From Rebecca billardiae RCC1528 (Eukaryota > Protista > Haptophyta): a stretch of 64,000 nt of DNA. The notes below the pieces were generated by a model. That model was not told where the DNA came from. It did not search any database and saw only the letters and a list, made by a program, of their open reading frames with translations. Positions 22,769 to 34,225 of the stretch are shown here, in pieces. The stretch spans positions 1,054,001 to 1,118,000 of the forward strand of contig OZ251222.1 in assembly GCA_965240325.2 (NCBI GenBank). The letters run 5' to 3'. Every line of letters begins with the position of its first letter. Position 1 is the stretch's first letter. Made by a program: the position numbers and the translations under genes.

Positions 22769-23965
22769 ATGCGTGGAAGCAGAGCGCCATTATTCGCCGC
22801 GATTGTCGCGGCTTTAGGATGCGGCGTGCACGCGAGCGCACCGCGCGAGCCGTTCGGGCTCGAGCTCGACCCTGCGATGCTGCCGGGAGGACCTCGGCGG
22901 GAGCTCGCGTTTGCGACCTCCTTTGGCGCATCTGACCCAGGACCGCTGGGTGGAATGGGCGGGTTCCTGCTCTCGCCAGTGAAGCTCGAGAAGATGGCCG
23001 CCCGACGGCCACCGCCACTGATCTTCATCGAGACGCACGAGACGGCGGAGGCGGAGGTGTCCAACATCGTCCACCGGCTGGGCGACTGGCGGAATCTGTC
23101 GTTCATGATCCCGCGCAACTTCGTCTCGATGGGCTTCCCCGGGCCGTTCCCCGGGCCGTACATGCCCCTGGCACACAGGCAGTTCGACATTATCGCCAAC
23201 CACGCGACGCTCGACCTGCGACGAATGTCCACGTACCTGCGGCAGCGCAAGCCGCTCGTGTTCAGCGTGCTGCTCGACCCGGTGCGCCAGTTTGAGAACG
23301 CGTACAACAAGTACAAGCAGCACCGGCAGGTGCCGGTGGGCGACCACCTCGAGTGGATGCGCGCGCTCACGTACGTCACGACGACGGCGGCGGCGCTGTT
23401 CCGCAACCCGCAGGCCCACGACCTCGGCTGGTACAAGCACGTCGCGTACAGCACGTCAAAGGACCACGACGAAAACGCGATCACTGAGTGGATCGAGACC
23501 GTGCTCACGCCGCAGGTCGACCTGATCCTGATCGCCGAGCGGCTCGACGAGGGGCTGGTCGTGCTCAAAGAGGCGATGAACGGCACCGTCGCCATCGAGG
23601 AGCTCGTCACCGTGCCGCTGCGCGAGCACAAGCCGGGGCAGCGGCACGTCGGCCTCACGCACACGCAGGAGCAGCGCGTGCTGCGCATCAACCACGTCGA
23701 CCACGTGCTCTACCGCCACTTCGCGCGCAAGTTCGATCGGATCGCCGCGCACATGTCCGCCAACGCGCGCGAGAACCTGGACAAGCTGCGCACGCTCAAG
23801 CAGCAGTACGAGGGCAAGTGCAAGGGGCTGCCGCGCTGGGGCTCTGGCCGGGGGGCCGTCCGCCCCAAGGTGCGATACGTTGCCAAGGAGAAGCAGTGCC
23901 CCCTCGCGCTGCGCACGGATGCAAACGGGTACACGCGCCACCACGCAACGAGGCAGCAGGGCTGA
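22769..23965 (+). CDS. Galactose-3-O-sulfotransferase-like protein with altered PAPS-binding motifs
   Basis: Signal/anchor at the N-terminus; IFIETHETA..VSNIVHRLG....SF..P, FDIIANH, FSVLLDP...FE, FRNPQAHDLG, DLILIAERLDEGLVVLK, N.VD..LYRHF all match the Gal3ST fold. Confidence 0.8.
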   Translation: MRGSRAPLFAAIVAALGCGVHASAPREPFGLELDPAMLPGGPRRELAFATSFGASDPGPLGGMGGFLLSPVKLEKMAARRPPPLIFIETHETAEAEVSNIVHRLGDWRNLSFMIPRNFVSMGFPGPFPGPYMPLAHRQFDIIANHATLDLRRMSTYLRQRKPLVFSVLLDPVRQFENAYNKYKQHRQVPVGDHLEWMRALTYVTTTAAALFRNPQAHDLGWYKHVAYSTSKDHDENAITEWIETVLTPQVDLILIAERLDEGLVVLKEAMNGTVAIEELVTVPLREHKPGQRHVGLTHTQEQRVLRINHVDHVLYRHFARKFDRIAAHMSANARENLDKLRTLKQQYEGKCKGLPRWGSGRGAVRPKVRYVAKEKQCPLALRTDANGYTRHHATRQQG

Positions 23966-24259
23966 GCCGCGGCGTGCTGCGCTGAGCGTACAGGCTGGCG
24001 CCTGGCCAGCATCCCGCACGGTGCGCACGCAAAGCACGGGTGGCCTTTGCAAAGCCAGTTCAAGCCACGGGGCGGCCGTCCAGTCTTAAAAACGGCGCGG
24101 CCTAACCTGCTGGACGATAGCTAACTATTAGTAACTACATTCCGACGCAAACCATTGTCATTGATCGCATCATCATCGCCTGCTTGAGACTGCAAGCTGA
24201 TACGGCCCGAGCAGTACCCCACACGATGAGAATAATATTAAATTATCCGCCAGTCACAC

Positions 24260-25504
24260 TCACCGCCTCGCTGATGAGGCCGTCGCAGCAGCGCGGGCGA
24301 GGCGCTCGCTGATTGCGACGAGGCCATCAGTGTCCCACGCGATGCGCACCACCTTACGACGAGACCTCATTCCTGCAGTGACGGTGACCTGCGCGCGCGA
24401 TGCCCCAACCCACTTCGCCAAAGCCTCCGCCAGCTCCTTGTTGGCGAGCCCGTCGCGCGGCGGTGCGGCCAGATCGACCACAAGGACGCCGCCTGACGCC
24501 TCCGTCCGCGGGTCGGCTGCAATCTCGGTGCGCTGCTTGTTGGGCCGCACCTCACACTCGACCAGGACCGCAACTGGTGCAGCCGCGTTTGCCCCGCCCG
24601 GCTCGGCACGCACGCACGGCAGCAAGGCTCGCTGGACGGCATTCGCGCTTGCCGCGGCGGCGAGCTCTTTGTCGCTTGCTTCGCGCCCCGCAGGCCGTCG
24701 ACGCATTTCAGCCTCGAGCACACCACGCGAGCACACATCGCCGCCGAGCGTGCTCAACCTTGTGACGAGCTCGTCATGTGTGACGTATGCTGCATGGGAG
24801 AAACGGGGTCCATCGAGTGCGCTCGCCACGCGCTCCGAACCGCGGTGCAGCACGCTTGACTGCCGCTCTTTGCACTTGTGCCCAGCCCTGTCTATATCCA
24901 TGTACTCGGTGCGTAGCTGCTTCAGCACCTTGTCGACTGCAGCGTGCGCAGCCGCCTCCGAGGCGGCACACCCGCGCACGACGAGCAGCACGTCCGTTGC
25001 CCGAGTTGCGCTCTGGCGGTAGAACCCGCGGCCAGAGATGCCGTCCACGGCCAAAATCGCCTCCTCAAGGCGCGCGAGGTAGCCTTTCGAATCGTTCATG
25101 TGATCGATGCGAACGAGGGCGGTTTCTGCCGCGGTGGGGACAGCAGCTGTCTGTTGGAGCTGTGCGGGTGGCGCTTGGAGAGGCGCGTCCAGCTGGATCT
25201 CTGCGAGACGTGAGGCGAGCGCTACCGCAGCCGACGAGATGCTTCCGCCCACTGCGAGCTCTGCATCCACGGCCGAGTGCAGAGCTGCACGCTCTTCGGT
25301 CTCGCACGATGGGGCGTGCAAAGCAACGTCGGCAATTCCATCACTGTGAAAAGCGGCGACCAGAGCGACCGCGCCGGCGGCGGCAGAAGGCTCGACGCGC
25401 CAAGTGAGGCTCGTGAGCTCGAGCTCGGACACGTCAAACATGGCCTCGAGAAGCTGGCGCTCTGCCTCGACAGCGTCGCCCAAGCTCACTCGCCACGCCG
25501 GCAT
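24260..25504 (-). CDS. RWD-domain protein (RWDD3-like) fused to a DUF167/YggU domain
   Basis: EAERQLLEAMF (RWD start); LVRIDHMN and MDIDRAGHKCKERQSSVL (RWDD3 C-domain); VRPNKQRTEI...LAAPPRDGLANKELAEALAK...GMRSRRKVVRI (DUF167). Confidence 0.8.
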   Translation of the reverse strand: MPAWRVSLGDAVEAERQLLEAMFDVSELELTSLTWRVEPSAAAGAVALVAAFHSDGIADVALHAPSCETEERAALHSAVDAELAVGGSISSAAVALASRLAEIQLDAPLQAPPAQLQQTAAVPTAAETALVRIDHMNDSKGYLARLEEAILAVDGISGRGFYRQSATRATDVLLVVRGCAASEAAAHAAVDKVLKQLRTEYMDIDRAGHKCKERQSSVLHRGSERVASALDGPRFSHAAYVTHDELVTRLSTLGGDVCSRGVLEAEMRRRPAGREASDKELAAAASANAVQRALLPCVRAEPGGANAAAPVAVLVECEVRPNKQRTEIAADPRTEASGGVLVVDLAAPPRDGLANKELAEALAKWVGASRAQVTVTAGMRSRRKVVRIAWDTDGLVAISERLARAAATASSARR

Positions 25505-25577
25505 GGATGCAGCTTCATCTACTGGCAGGTGCCGCTGAAGATTGAGAACGAACCGTGGCCTCCGCCCTTTCCGCCCG

Positions 25578-25623
25578 CGGTTTTCCCGCCGAAAGCGGCC
25601 CTTTTCCGGTTTTCCCGCCGAAA
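25578..25623 (+). promoter_or_regulatory. Tandem E2F-like sites (CGGTTTTCCCGCCGAAA x2) in the divergent RWDD3-like/PARP promoter
   Basis: Exact 17-bp direct repeat at 25578 and 25607, each containing TTTCCCGC (E2F consensus TTTSSCGC). Confidence 0.5.
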
Positions 25624-25868
25624 ACTCCATCCACAGCATTGTCAGCTTGATGAGCTGATCAAGAGCGTCCTTCGTTAGTCGTTCGCTTTGACGCTCGGTG
25701 CTTCCAGACGATCTCAGATCCAGATTGAAGATCACGCAAGGGTCGAAATCACACTGGCAGCGGCGCGCGCGCGGCAACAGCAAGCTCCAAAGCGGCCTGG
25801 CGGCGCAGCACTTGTGAGCAGCGGAGCACCGCCGCGGCTGGGACGCACGGCCTCGAGGCGGAGTCGGG

Positions 25869-27887
25869 ATGGCACCGCGCATCGAGCCCTCGCCGAACAG
25901 GCGGGCCAAGTGCCGCGTGTGCTACGCGCAGATCGACAAGGCCGTCCTCCGAGTCGGCACCGAGGCGATGTCCGAGTGGGGGCCGACGACCCAGTGGCAC
26001 CACATGAGCTGCCTCAACCTTTCCAAGCACGTCAAGTCCGCTGCCGAGCTCGCGGGCTTCGCGGAGCTCTCTGGAGCGCACCAGGCCGAGGTGCTCGGGC
26101 ACTTCAACGGCGGGGGTGCCGCGAGCGCTTCTGCGCCGCCGACGCCGGCGCGGCCCACGCCAAAGAAGGCCGCGCCGAAGGAGGCGCGTCCCGAACAGAT
26201 TGCCGAGAAGGCGCCGCTGGAGCGTGGGATCTGCGCCATCGAGTACGCCAAGGCGCAGAAGCCCTCGCCGTGCATGATCTGCAAGGGAAAGATCGCCAAC
26301 GGCGAGCCGCGCGTGGGCGACAGGCAGCCGTCGCCATACTACGAAGGTGTGCGCGCACCGCGAACATTGCGCGCGCGCGAGCGCGCGCGCATGCAGTCCG
26401 CGCGGCTCGCGCGTTGCACGCTCCCTCGCGCGCTGCTGTCGCGCCGCGGTCCGCGGTCGAGCCCGTGGCGCCCGCGCGCGGCGGATACCTCCGCGCAGGC
26501 CTGCAGACGCGCTGGCTCTGCCTCTCGTGCGCGCTGAGCGGGCGGCGCGTTCTCTCGCTCACGCAGCTCTGCGGCTGGGACCGCATGGGCTACGACGCGA
26601 ACCGCGAGATCCGCGAGGCGACGGGCGAGCTCCTCGTCGGCGAGAAGGAGGCGGAGCTCGAGCGGATGATGGCGCCGCTGGAGGGGCTGACGGACGAGAT
26701 CACCGCCAACCTCTCGGTCGACGCGCTCGTCGGCGCCCTCCGGCTGAACGGCATCGACGTGCGCGCGCTCACGATCGAGCGTGACACGGTGTGCATGGCG
26801 CACGTGCTCGCAGACGCGATGCTGAACGGCGTCGCGGCCGACTGCCCCGTGTGCGAGATGGCGGGGCTGCACTTCGCCGCCGGGCGGATCGCGTGCCTCG
26901 GCCACGTCGAGAACCTCTCGCGCTGCCCGTACCGCTGCGCGCCCGACAAGGTCGCGCGCTACCGCTGCAAGCTGCCGCAGGAGTTGCTCGACTCTGATTG
27001 GCTGGCCGCGTGGCGCGCGGACGCGGACGGCGCGCCCGCAAACGGCAAGGGCAAGAAGGGCGGCAAGCGCAGGGCGGCGGCGATGAGCCGGAGCTCAGTG
27101 GGCAGCCGCGCGCTCGCCGGCCTGGAGCTCGCGCAGCCCAAGCCCAGCGACACGCCCTCCGCCGCGCCCACACCGCGGAAGCCGCCGCCGACCCGCGAGG
27201 CGCCGCAGCCCTTCTCGCCCATCCTCGAGGTGCACCGCGGGTACCGGCAGACCGGCCTGTACGGCTCGGCGAAGGTGCTCGTCGACGACGACGGCGTGAC
27301 GGTGTACAACGCGCACCTCATGCAGGTGGACGTGGCGACCCGCGTCAATCGCTACTACATCGTGCAGGCCCTCGCCGTGGGGGGCACCTTTGAGGTGTTC
27401 TGCCATTGGGGCGCGACTGGGCGTGAGGAGGAGGAGGAGGTGGGCGGCGCGCGGTGGCGCGACAACTACCAGCGCTACCCGCAGCCGACGAAGCAGGCGG
27501 CGATCGACGCCTTCAAGGGCTGGTTCGCCAAGAAGACGAACTGGTCGTGGGACGACCGGCACAACTTCCGCCAGACGCCCAAGTGGTACAACTTCGTCGA
27601 GCTCTCCACGCACGACCCGCGCGCGAGCAAGCCCGGCGCCGGCTCGGCCGCGGACGGGGCGGGGCCGACCAAGCCGTGCGCGCTGGACGCGCCGGTCGCA
27701 GAGCTCGTGGAGCTGCTCTTCGACGCGGATACGATCCTCAACTCGATGTCGACGAACGGCATCCGCGTCGATGACAACTTCGGCATCCACTCGGTGACCG
27801 CCGAGCGCGTCGAGCGCGCGCACGGCATCCTGAGCCGGCTGGTGCAGCTCCTCAAGCAGCGGCCGCCGCCGCTCGAGCCCGCGGCCG

Positions 27888-27921
<34 letters not shown>

Positions 27922-29165
27922 CTGCCGGGGCGCGCGCGCGCGCAAGCCGACGAAGAAGCAGCTGGAGAAGGCGCAGGCGGACGCCGCGCGCGCCGAGGCC
28001 GAGCGCGTCGACGCGCACGAGCAGGCCGAGCGCGTGTGGCGCGCCAAAGTCGACGCGCTGAGCAACGACTTCCAGCAGACGATCCCGGCGGTCGACCCGG
28101 TGCGGCTGGACACAGACGCCAGGCTCGAGGAGAAGGCCAAGCTGCTCGACACGCTGAGCGACATCGCGCTGGCGCAGCAGCTGCTCAAGAAGGGCCAGGC
28201 GGAGGCGGACAGCGCAGCGGCGGCGGCCAGCGCCGAGCCCGCGCCGCATCCGCTGGACGTCAAGTATCAGTCGCTCAAGTGCGAGCTGCGCGCCCTGGCG
28301 GATCAGGACCCGGTGAGCGACGCGGTGCGCCGCGCGGTGCGCAACACGGCGAGCACGCTGCGCAAGTACGAGGGCCACCTCTCCGGCTTCCGCATGCGCA
28401 CGCGCGCGGTCGGCTCCTCCTCGCGCGACGACGGCGCATGGGCGCCCGAGGTCCTGGGTGTGTTCGCCCTCGAGCGCGAGGGCGAGCGCGAGCGGTACGA
28501 GCCCTACACGGAGCTGGGCAACTGCCGGCTGCTCTGGCACGGCACGGACGTGAGCTCCGCAGCGGCGATCGTCTCGTCGGGGCTGCGCATCATGCCCAGC
28601 TCGGGCGGGCGTGTGGGCAAGGGCATCTACCTCGCCGAAGGTGCGCGCACGCGCGCGCGCGGCATGCACACGATTGGGCGGCTAGACCGCGGCCCCCGTG
28701 CCTCTGACGGACACTGCGCGTGCGCGTCGCGTGCTCCGCGCACGCCTCGAATGGCGCGCGCACCGTGGCGCAGAGGTGAACAAGTCGGGGTGGTACGTGA
28801 CTCCGTCGGCCTCTGGCGAGGCCATTATGTTCCTCGCGGAGGCGGCGCTTGGCCACCCGGCGAGCGTGCAGTCCGACAACCCCAGCTTGAAGAAGGCGCC
28901 TCCCGGCCACGACTCGTGCGTGACGACGTCCTGCACGATGCCCGACCCGGCGCACGACGTGCAGCTCGATCTGGACGCCCGGCAGGTCACCTTCGCCACG
29001 GGCCCGATCATCGAGCCCGAGCCGCCCGCCGCGGCGCCGGGCGCGGGCAGCGGCGCCGGTGGCGCGAAGAAGCAGCCGCCACGAAGCCCGTTTGTGCAGA
29101 AGGAATACCTCGTCTATCGCGAGAGCCAGGTCCGCCTGCGCTACCTCGTGAAGCTCCGCATCTGA
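25869..29165 (+). CDS. PARP: Poly/mono(ADP-ribose) polymerase with 2 zf-PARP, PADR1-type zinc domain, WGR, regulatory and catalytic domains, 3 exons
   Basis: RAKCRVC..WHHMSC; IEYAK..CMIC..WLCLSC; CPVC..C..C; NRYYIVQ..HWG; HPLDVKYQSLKC; LLWHGT, GKGIY, KSGWY, EYLVY. Introns 26347-26498 and 28641-28773. Confidence 0.92.
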
Positions 29166-29618
29166 TTTCATGCAGATGAGGATGATGACCATGATGATGA
29201 TGATGATGACGTAGTAGTCGTCCGATATAAATGATGACGCGCCCGAGTATAGGCGGTCTATAAATAGTCTTAATTTAATTAGGACTGATCGTAGTAGCAG
29301 TCTGTGCATTATCGATTATGACTTGTGATGTCAGGCATCAGATGTCATCAGCATGTCGGAACACGCGCCCGCTTAACTAACGCGTCTATGGCTATCGTCA
29401 TCATCTTCCGGGCGTGCACGCCGCCGCAGTAGACTGTAGACACTACTATATTAGTAGGCGCACAGCGCGCTCGAGATCCTTTGCGGCCGCCTTGCCCGGC
29501 GCGCCGCCCATTCGACATCTCAATGGCAGCCCATGTCGCAGCGGCAGCGGCCGCTGCGGTGACCTCCGCGCATGCCGAGGGGGGGGCTGCTTCCGTGATT
29601 AAATGCCAGCCTGCTTGA

Positions 29619-31083
29619 TCAGACGTCGTAGTTGCGCAGCAGCCAGAAGCCCTGCACGCCGTCGTCCTCCAGCTCTTTCTGCACGGCGATAAAGTGCAGC
29701 CCGCGCGCTTCGCGGCACGCGCGAGTGAAGGCCGCCGCCTGCAGACGCGCGCGCGGCCCGGGACGCGCGTCAGCCCGAGCGTCAGCCAGGCGTGCGCACG
29801 CGCGGCGCGTGCGCGTGCGCGCGGCGCGGCGCGGAGCGCACCTCCTCGCGCTGTTTGAGATCCCACAGCTTTGCAAACATGTACTGCGTGTCAATGCCCA
29901 CCTCCAGGAGCAGATCTCCACCCTCCAGATTGACCGAGATCGACGCGAGCTCCGTCCCAGACATCCACGCAGCCAGCGGCTCGGCGCGGCCCGAGGTGAT
30001 GAGCAGGCCCGGGATCGGCGTGTCATCGGGCAAGTCGATGTCGTCGACGGAGAAGAGCGTGCCGAAGCCGATGTTCGACGCGTCGATGCTCCGCTTGGGC
30101 CCGCGCAGCTCGCTGATCTGCGCCGCGCGCGAAGCGCGCGCGGCCGCAGCGGCGAGCAGGAGGGCACAGCCGGGCGCGTCGCAGGGCAGAGGCAGGGGTG
30201 AGCGGCGTGCGGCGTGGGGCTGAAGGGGAGGGCGTCTCGACGCGCCGTGCGCCGCGCACGCTTCCGCCACACGCCCCGCGCCACCGCCGCCGCCTCCGCC
30301 ACCGCCGCAGGCGCCGCTGCACACCGGCAAGTTGACAAACACCCACTTGTCTCCGCGCAGCGCGTCCGGCATCTTGGTCGGCACGCGGTCCAGGGCGGGG
30401 CGGGCGCGCTCCTCCTCGGCGAGGGCCTCGTTGTACCCCGGCATCGTGGGGTACGTGTCGCCGTAGCGCTGCTCGAGCCAGTTGCGCAGCTCGTACGTGC
30501 GCCGCGTCGGCACAGTCAGCACTGGGAGCTCAGAGAGCGCGACACCGATCATCGACTGCATCTCGGAGCGGAAGAAGCGCACCTGGGTGGGGCGCACCTC
30601 CGCGCGGTCGATGAGCGCCTGCACGCGCTTGCGCAGCTCGCGCGAGTTGATCAGCGACGAGGGCAGCGGCTCCACGTGCCGCATCACGCCGTTCGAATCG
30701 CACACGAGCAGCTCCCACAGCTTCTTGCCCATGTCGTTGGTCACCGGCCGCGTGTATAGGTCGAGCTCCCAGATGGGCGACGGGGGCCCGCGACGCGCCG
30801 AGCGCGGCGCGGCCGACGGCGGTGCGCCCGCAGCCGGACCGGCCTGGGCGTCCGACGGCGGGGGTGGCGTAGACGCCATGCGCGCCACTGCTCGAGGCGC
30901 GGCGCGCGCGCGCGCGCACTGCGCGTCGACGCATGCCTGCGCCACCGGGAGCGCGTGTGGCTGCACGCGCGTGGCGATACCACGTCCGCCGACCGACGCC
31001 ACGCTGCCCGCAGCTGCCGCCACCGTCGCCGGCGCGATGCCGACCGCTGCAACCCACAGCGCTGTCGCGGCGTGGGCTCTCAT
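29619..31083 (-). CDS. TAB2: Tab2/ATAB2 plastid RNA-binding protein with bipartite leader, 3 exons
   Basis: WELDLYTRP....KKLWELLVCD, INS, VRFFRSEMQSMI, RRTYEL..WL, PDALRGDKW, RA.PLAAWMSG.E, GLHFIAVQ, GFWLL. Introns 30118-30324 and 29739-29841. Confidence 0.92.
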
Positions 31084-31347
31084 CGTGTCAGCGATGGGGT
31101 ACGCGTCGCGCGCAATTCCAGCACGCTTATTCTCGAAAACTTTCCATTTAATTGGGCCACGCACCTTGCACGCACGAGATCTTCTGTGCTGAGATCTCCA
31201 CCCGACCGGAAGGACGACGCCGCGACGCAGAAGCTCTCCGCTCAGCGAAGGCCCCGGCGCGGCAGCCATGTGAAGGTTGTATGACGTTATCTATCGCCGC
31301 CGCCATGTGTCCTTGGTCAGCGCAGGGTGACTGAGGAGCTTGCCCTC

Positions 31348-32132
31348 ATGGAGGGCGGCGAGCTCTCGGATGAGGAGGCTGTGCCGTCGGGCCAGAGGCG
31401 CGGCACGACGATCTCCGCGCCCTCGACCAAGGAGACCATCGACAAGCTGTGCAAGCGGCTCAGCGCCGAGGACCACGCGGAGGTGATCAAGCTGGTCGAG
31501 GAGCTGCAGAGAAGGCGGGCGGACATGGGCCGGCTGCGCTACCAGGCCGAGCAGGCCAAGGCGCAGCTGGCGCCGGTGGTGCAGGAGCGCGAGGCGGCGA
31601 AGCAGGTCGCCGAGTTCGAGCGCAACACGCGCATCGCGCTCGAGGAGGACCTCAAGGAGCAGCGCGTCTTCATCGCCGCGTGCGCCAAGGCAGTCTCGCG
31701 CACCTCTGTCGCGCTCAGCGACGCGATCCGCGTGCGGAGCGTGGCGCGCGTGGAGGAGGCAGTGAACGACCTGCGCCCGGTGCAGATGCGGATCGTGGTG
31801 AACGGCGCGACGCAGCACGCAGCCGAGCGCCAAGCCGTCTCCTTCCTCGAGAACAACTTCCCGCTCTTCAGCCACAACGTGCGCGCCGGCGCCGCGACTG
31901 CCGTCGGCGCGTCGCCTGAGGACGCGGACGCACGTGTGCGCACGGGCATCGACCTGGTCTCGCTCTTCAACGCGGTGGACGACGAGGCCTTCGAGGACGA
32001 GCAGCGGCAGCTGGTGCTCAGCCGCGTGCGACAAGCCGCGGGCGACGTCGTCGCGAGCGAAGTCACCGAGAGCGAGCGCGCCGGCGGCTCACTCGGCGCG
32101 GCCGCAGTGAACGCCCTGGCGGCGATTGCAGC

Positions 32133-32174
<42 letters not shown>

Positions 32175-33840
32175 GCAGGGAGGGTCGAAACGGGTGGGCT
32201 GCGCGAGCGTGGCGGGCGCGGCCGTCGCGCCATTCGACGACCACATCTCCGAGAGCGAGGCGAGCAGCGTCGCCGAGTGGGCCGACGAGCACGCGCCGAG
32301 GGCGCTGTATGGCGCGCGCCCCCCGAGGCCTGGCGCACGGCGCGTGTCTCTGCCACCGGCGGGCGTGGGCGCGGGCGGACGGCCCGGGCGGGTGGGCGGG
32401 CGGAAGGGCTCCACGGCAACCGACGCGAGCGAGCCCGCTCCCGCCAGGCGGTACAGCGCCGCGTCCACCTCCGCCGCCGCCGCCGCCCGCCTGCTCAGCA
32501 CCGTGAGCGAGAAGGTTGACGCATCGAGCAGCGGCCGCGCGGGGCGGCGCCGCCCGTCCGGTGGCACCGGCCAGCCTCCGCTCGAGCGCTCGTCCACGAT
32601 GGCGTGCGACCGGAGCGTCTCCGCGGAGGAGGCGACGAGCGCGTATGTGGGCGCCGGCGCCGCGCATCGCCTGGCTCGCCGCGTCTCGGGCAGCGGGAGC
32701 GGCGGAGGCTCGTTCAAAGGGCCGGGTGGCGCGGCGGGCGGCGCGCCGGCCTCGGGAGGGCGCGGCGCGGCCGACGGCGCGGGCAGCAGGCGTGGCAGCG
32801 CGCAGGTCGCACCCAAGCTGCGCCGGAGCGCGTCGGAGCGCGTGCCCTCCGGCAGCGACGCGAGCCTCGGCTCGGCGGGCGAGATGAAAACCGGCCCGGC
32901 GGCGGCGGCCGTCGCTGCTGCCCGCGCCGCAGTGGCGGAGCTCGCCGCAGAGGCCGAAGCGGAGTTGGCTAGCCGTCTTGCGTACGCCGGCGGCGCGCCG
33001 CCGCGCGCGGCAGCTGACGGCCCTGGCCGAGCCGTGGCGGGGTACGCGCAGGCCGACGCGCCGCGCGAGGTGCGCCGCTCGCCAAGCGTCACGTTCGCGT
33101 CCACGGACGGCCTGCCGCTCGGCGCCATCCCCACGGCGCTGCCGCCGAGGCTGCCGCGCGCACACAGCGGCCCGGCCGAAGCCCTCGGAGGCGGCGCTGC
33201 GGTTGGAGTGGATGGCGGCGGCGGCAGCCTGGACTCCGCGCTGTGGGTGGGCTCGGGCGCGGGGGCGGCGAATGAGGCCGCCCACGCCTCCAGCTCGGCG
33301 CTCGGCGCCGCAGCCGACACGCCGCAGCCTGCGCCGCGCTCAGGCGCCCAGGCGGCGGCGGCGGGCGGAGGGGCGGCGACGCTCAGCCCGGGACCCGGTA
33401 TCTCGGCCGTCGAGATCACGCCAGCGGAGGAGCCGAAGGGCGCGGGTGAGGCAGAGGCGGCGGCGGGCACGAGCGGCGCGAGCGGCCGTGCCGGCGCCGC
33501 CGCCGCGCCCCTGAACGTGCGCCGCGGCTCACGGCACGTCCTGCTGGGCCTCCCAGCAGACGGCGAGGGGGCGGCCTCGGCCGCGGCGCCGTCTCCGACC
33601 ATGCGGCTCGCGCCCCAGGACACGGTGGACCAGGCTGCGTTCAACTTCACGCTCGCGGCGGGCTCGGACACTGGCCGCGCCGCAAGCGGCGACGCCGCGA
33701 AGCTGCGCCCAAGCGACGGCCCACAGGTGCACGTGCTCGAACGCGCGCACGTGAAGCTGCCCGCGCCGCCCATCCACGCGTCGCCCAAGCTGCCCAGCAC
33801 ACCAAAGTCGCACGCGCAAGATTCGTTCCTGTTCTCGTGA
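31348..33840 (+). CDS. Hypothetical protein with N-terminal coiled coil and long Ala/Gly/Ser-rich tail
   Basis: Long uninterrupted ORF with heptad-like segment (LVEELQRRR...ALEEDLKEQ); no family recognised. Confidence 0.65.
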
Positions 33841-34225
33841 CGGCCCGCGATGGCGTGGGCCACTGGTTGGCGGCGAGGCTGTCGACCGCCGGGATCGTAG
33901 GTCGCCGCAACATGCGTGTGGCCGAGCACGGGGGTGCCCCGACCGCTGAGCGCACTACTCATCAGATTATCAGAGTCGAAAATCGTCGTATACGCAGTCA
34001 GCGGAAAATTATTGCATGGGCTTCCACCCCAGCATGCAAATAAAAAAAGGAGCAACGGATGTCGATCTGCTCGCACTCGGTTCGCTCCACACGTCAAAGG
34101 GTGGCCCCGGCCAAAGTTTGCATCTCGAGATCGCCATCTCCCAGTGCTGCACAGCCGTCGTCATCAAGTACCCACCCGCTTGCGCACCCCAAACCGGCTG
34201 GGCTGGCGGGTGGCACGTGAGCACG

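Noticed and set aside
31539-34097. 852-aa minus-strand ORF and the many other long antisense or alternate-frame ORFs
   Set aside because: Shadow ORFs expected at this GC content; they overlap better-supported genes and lack motifs.
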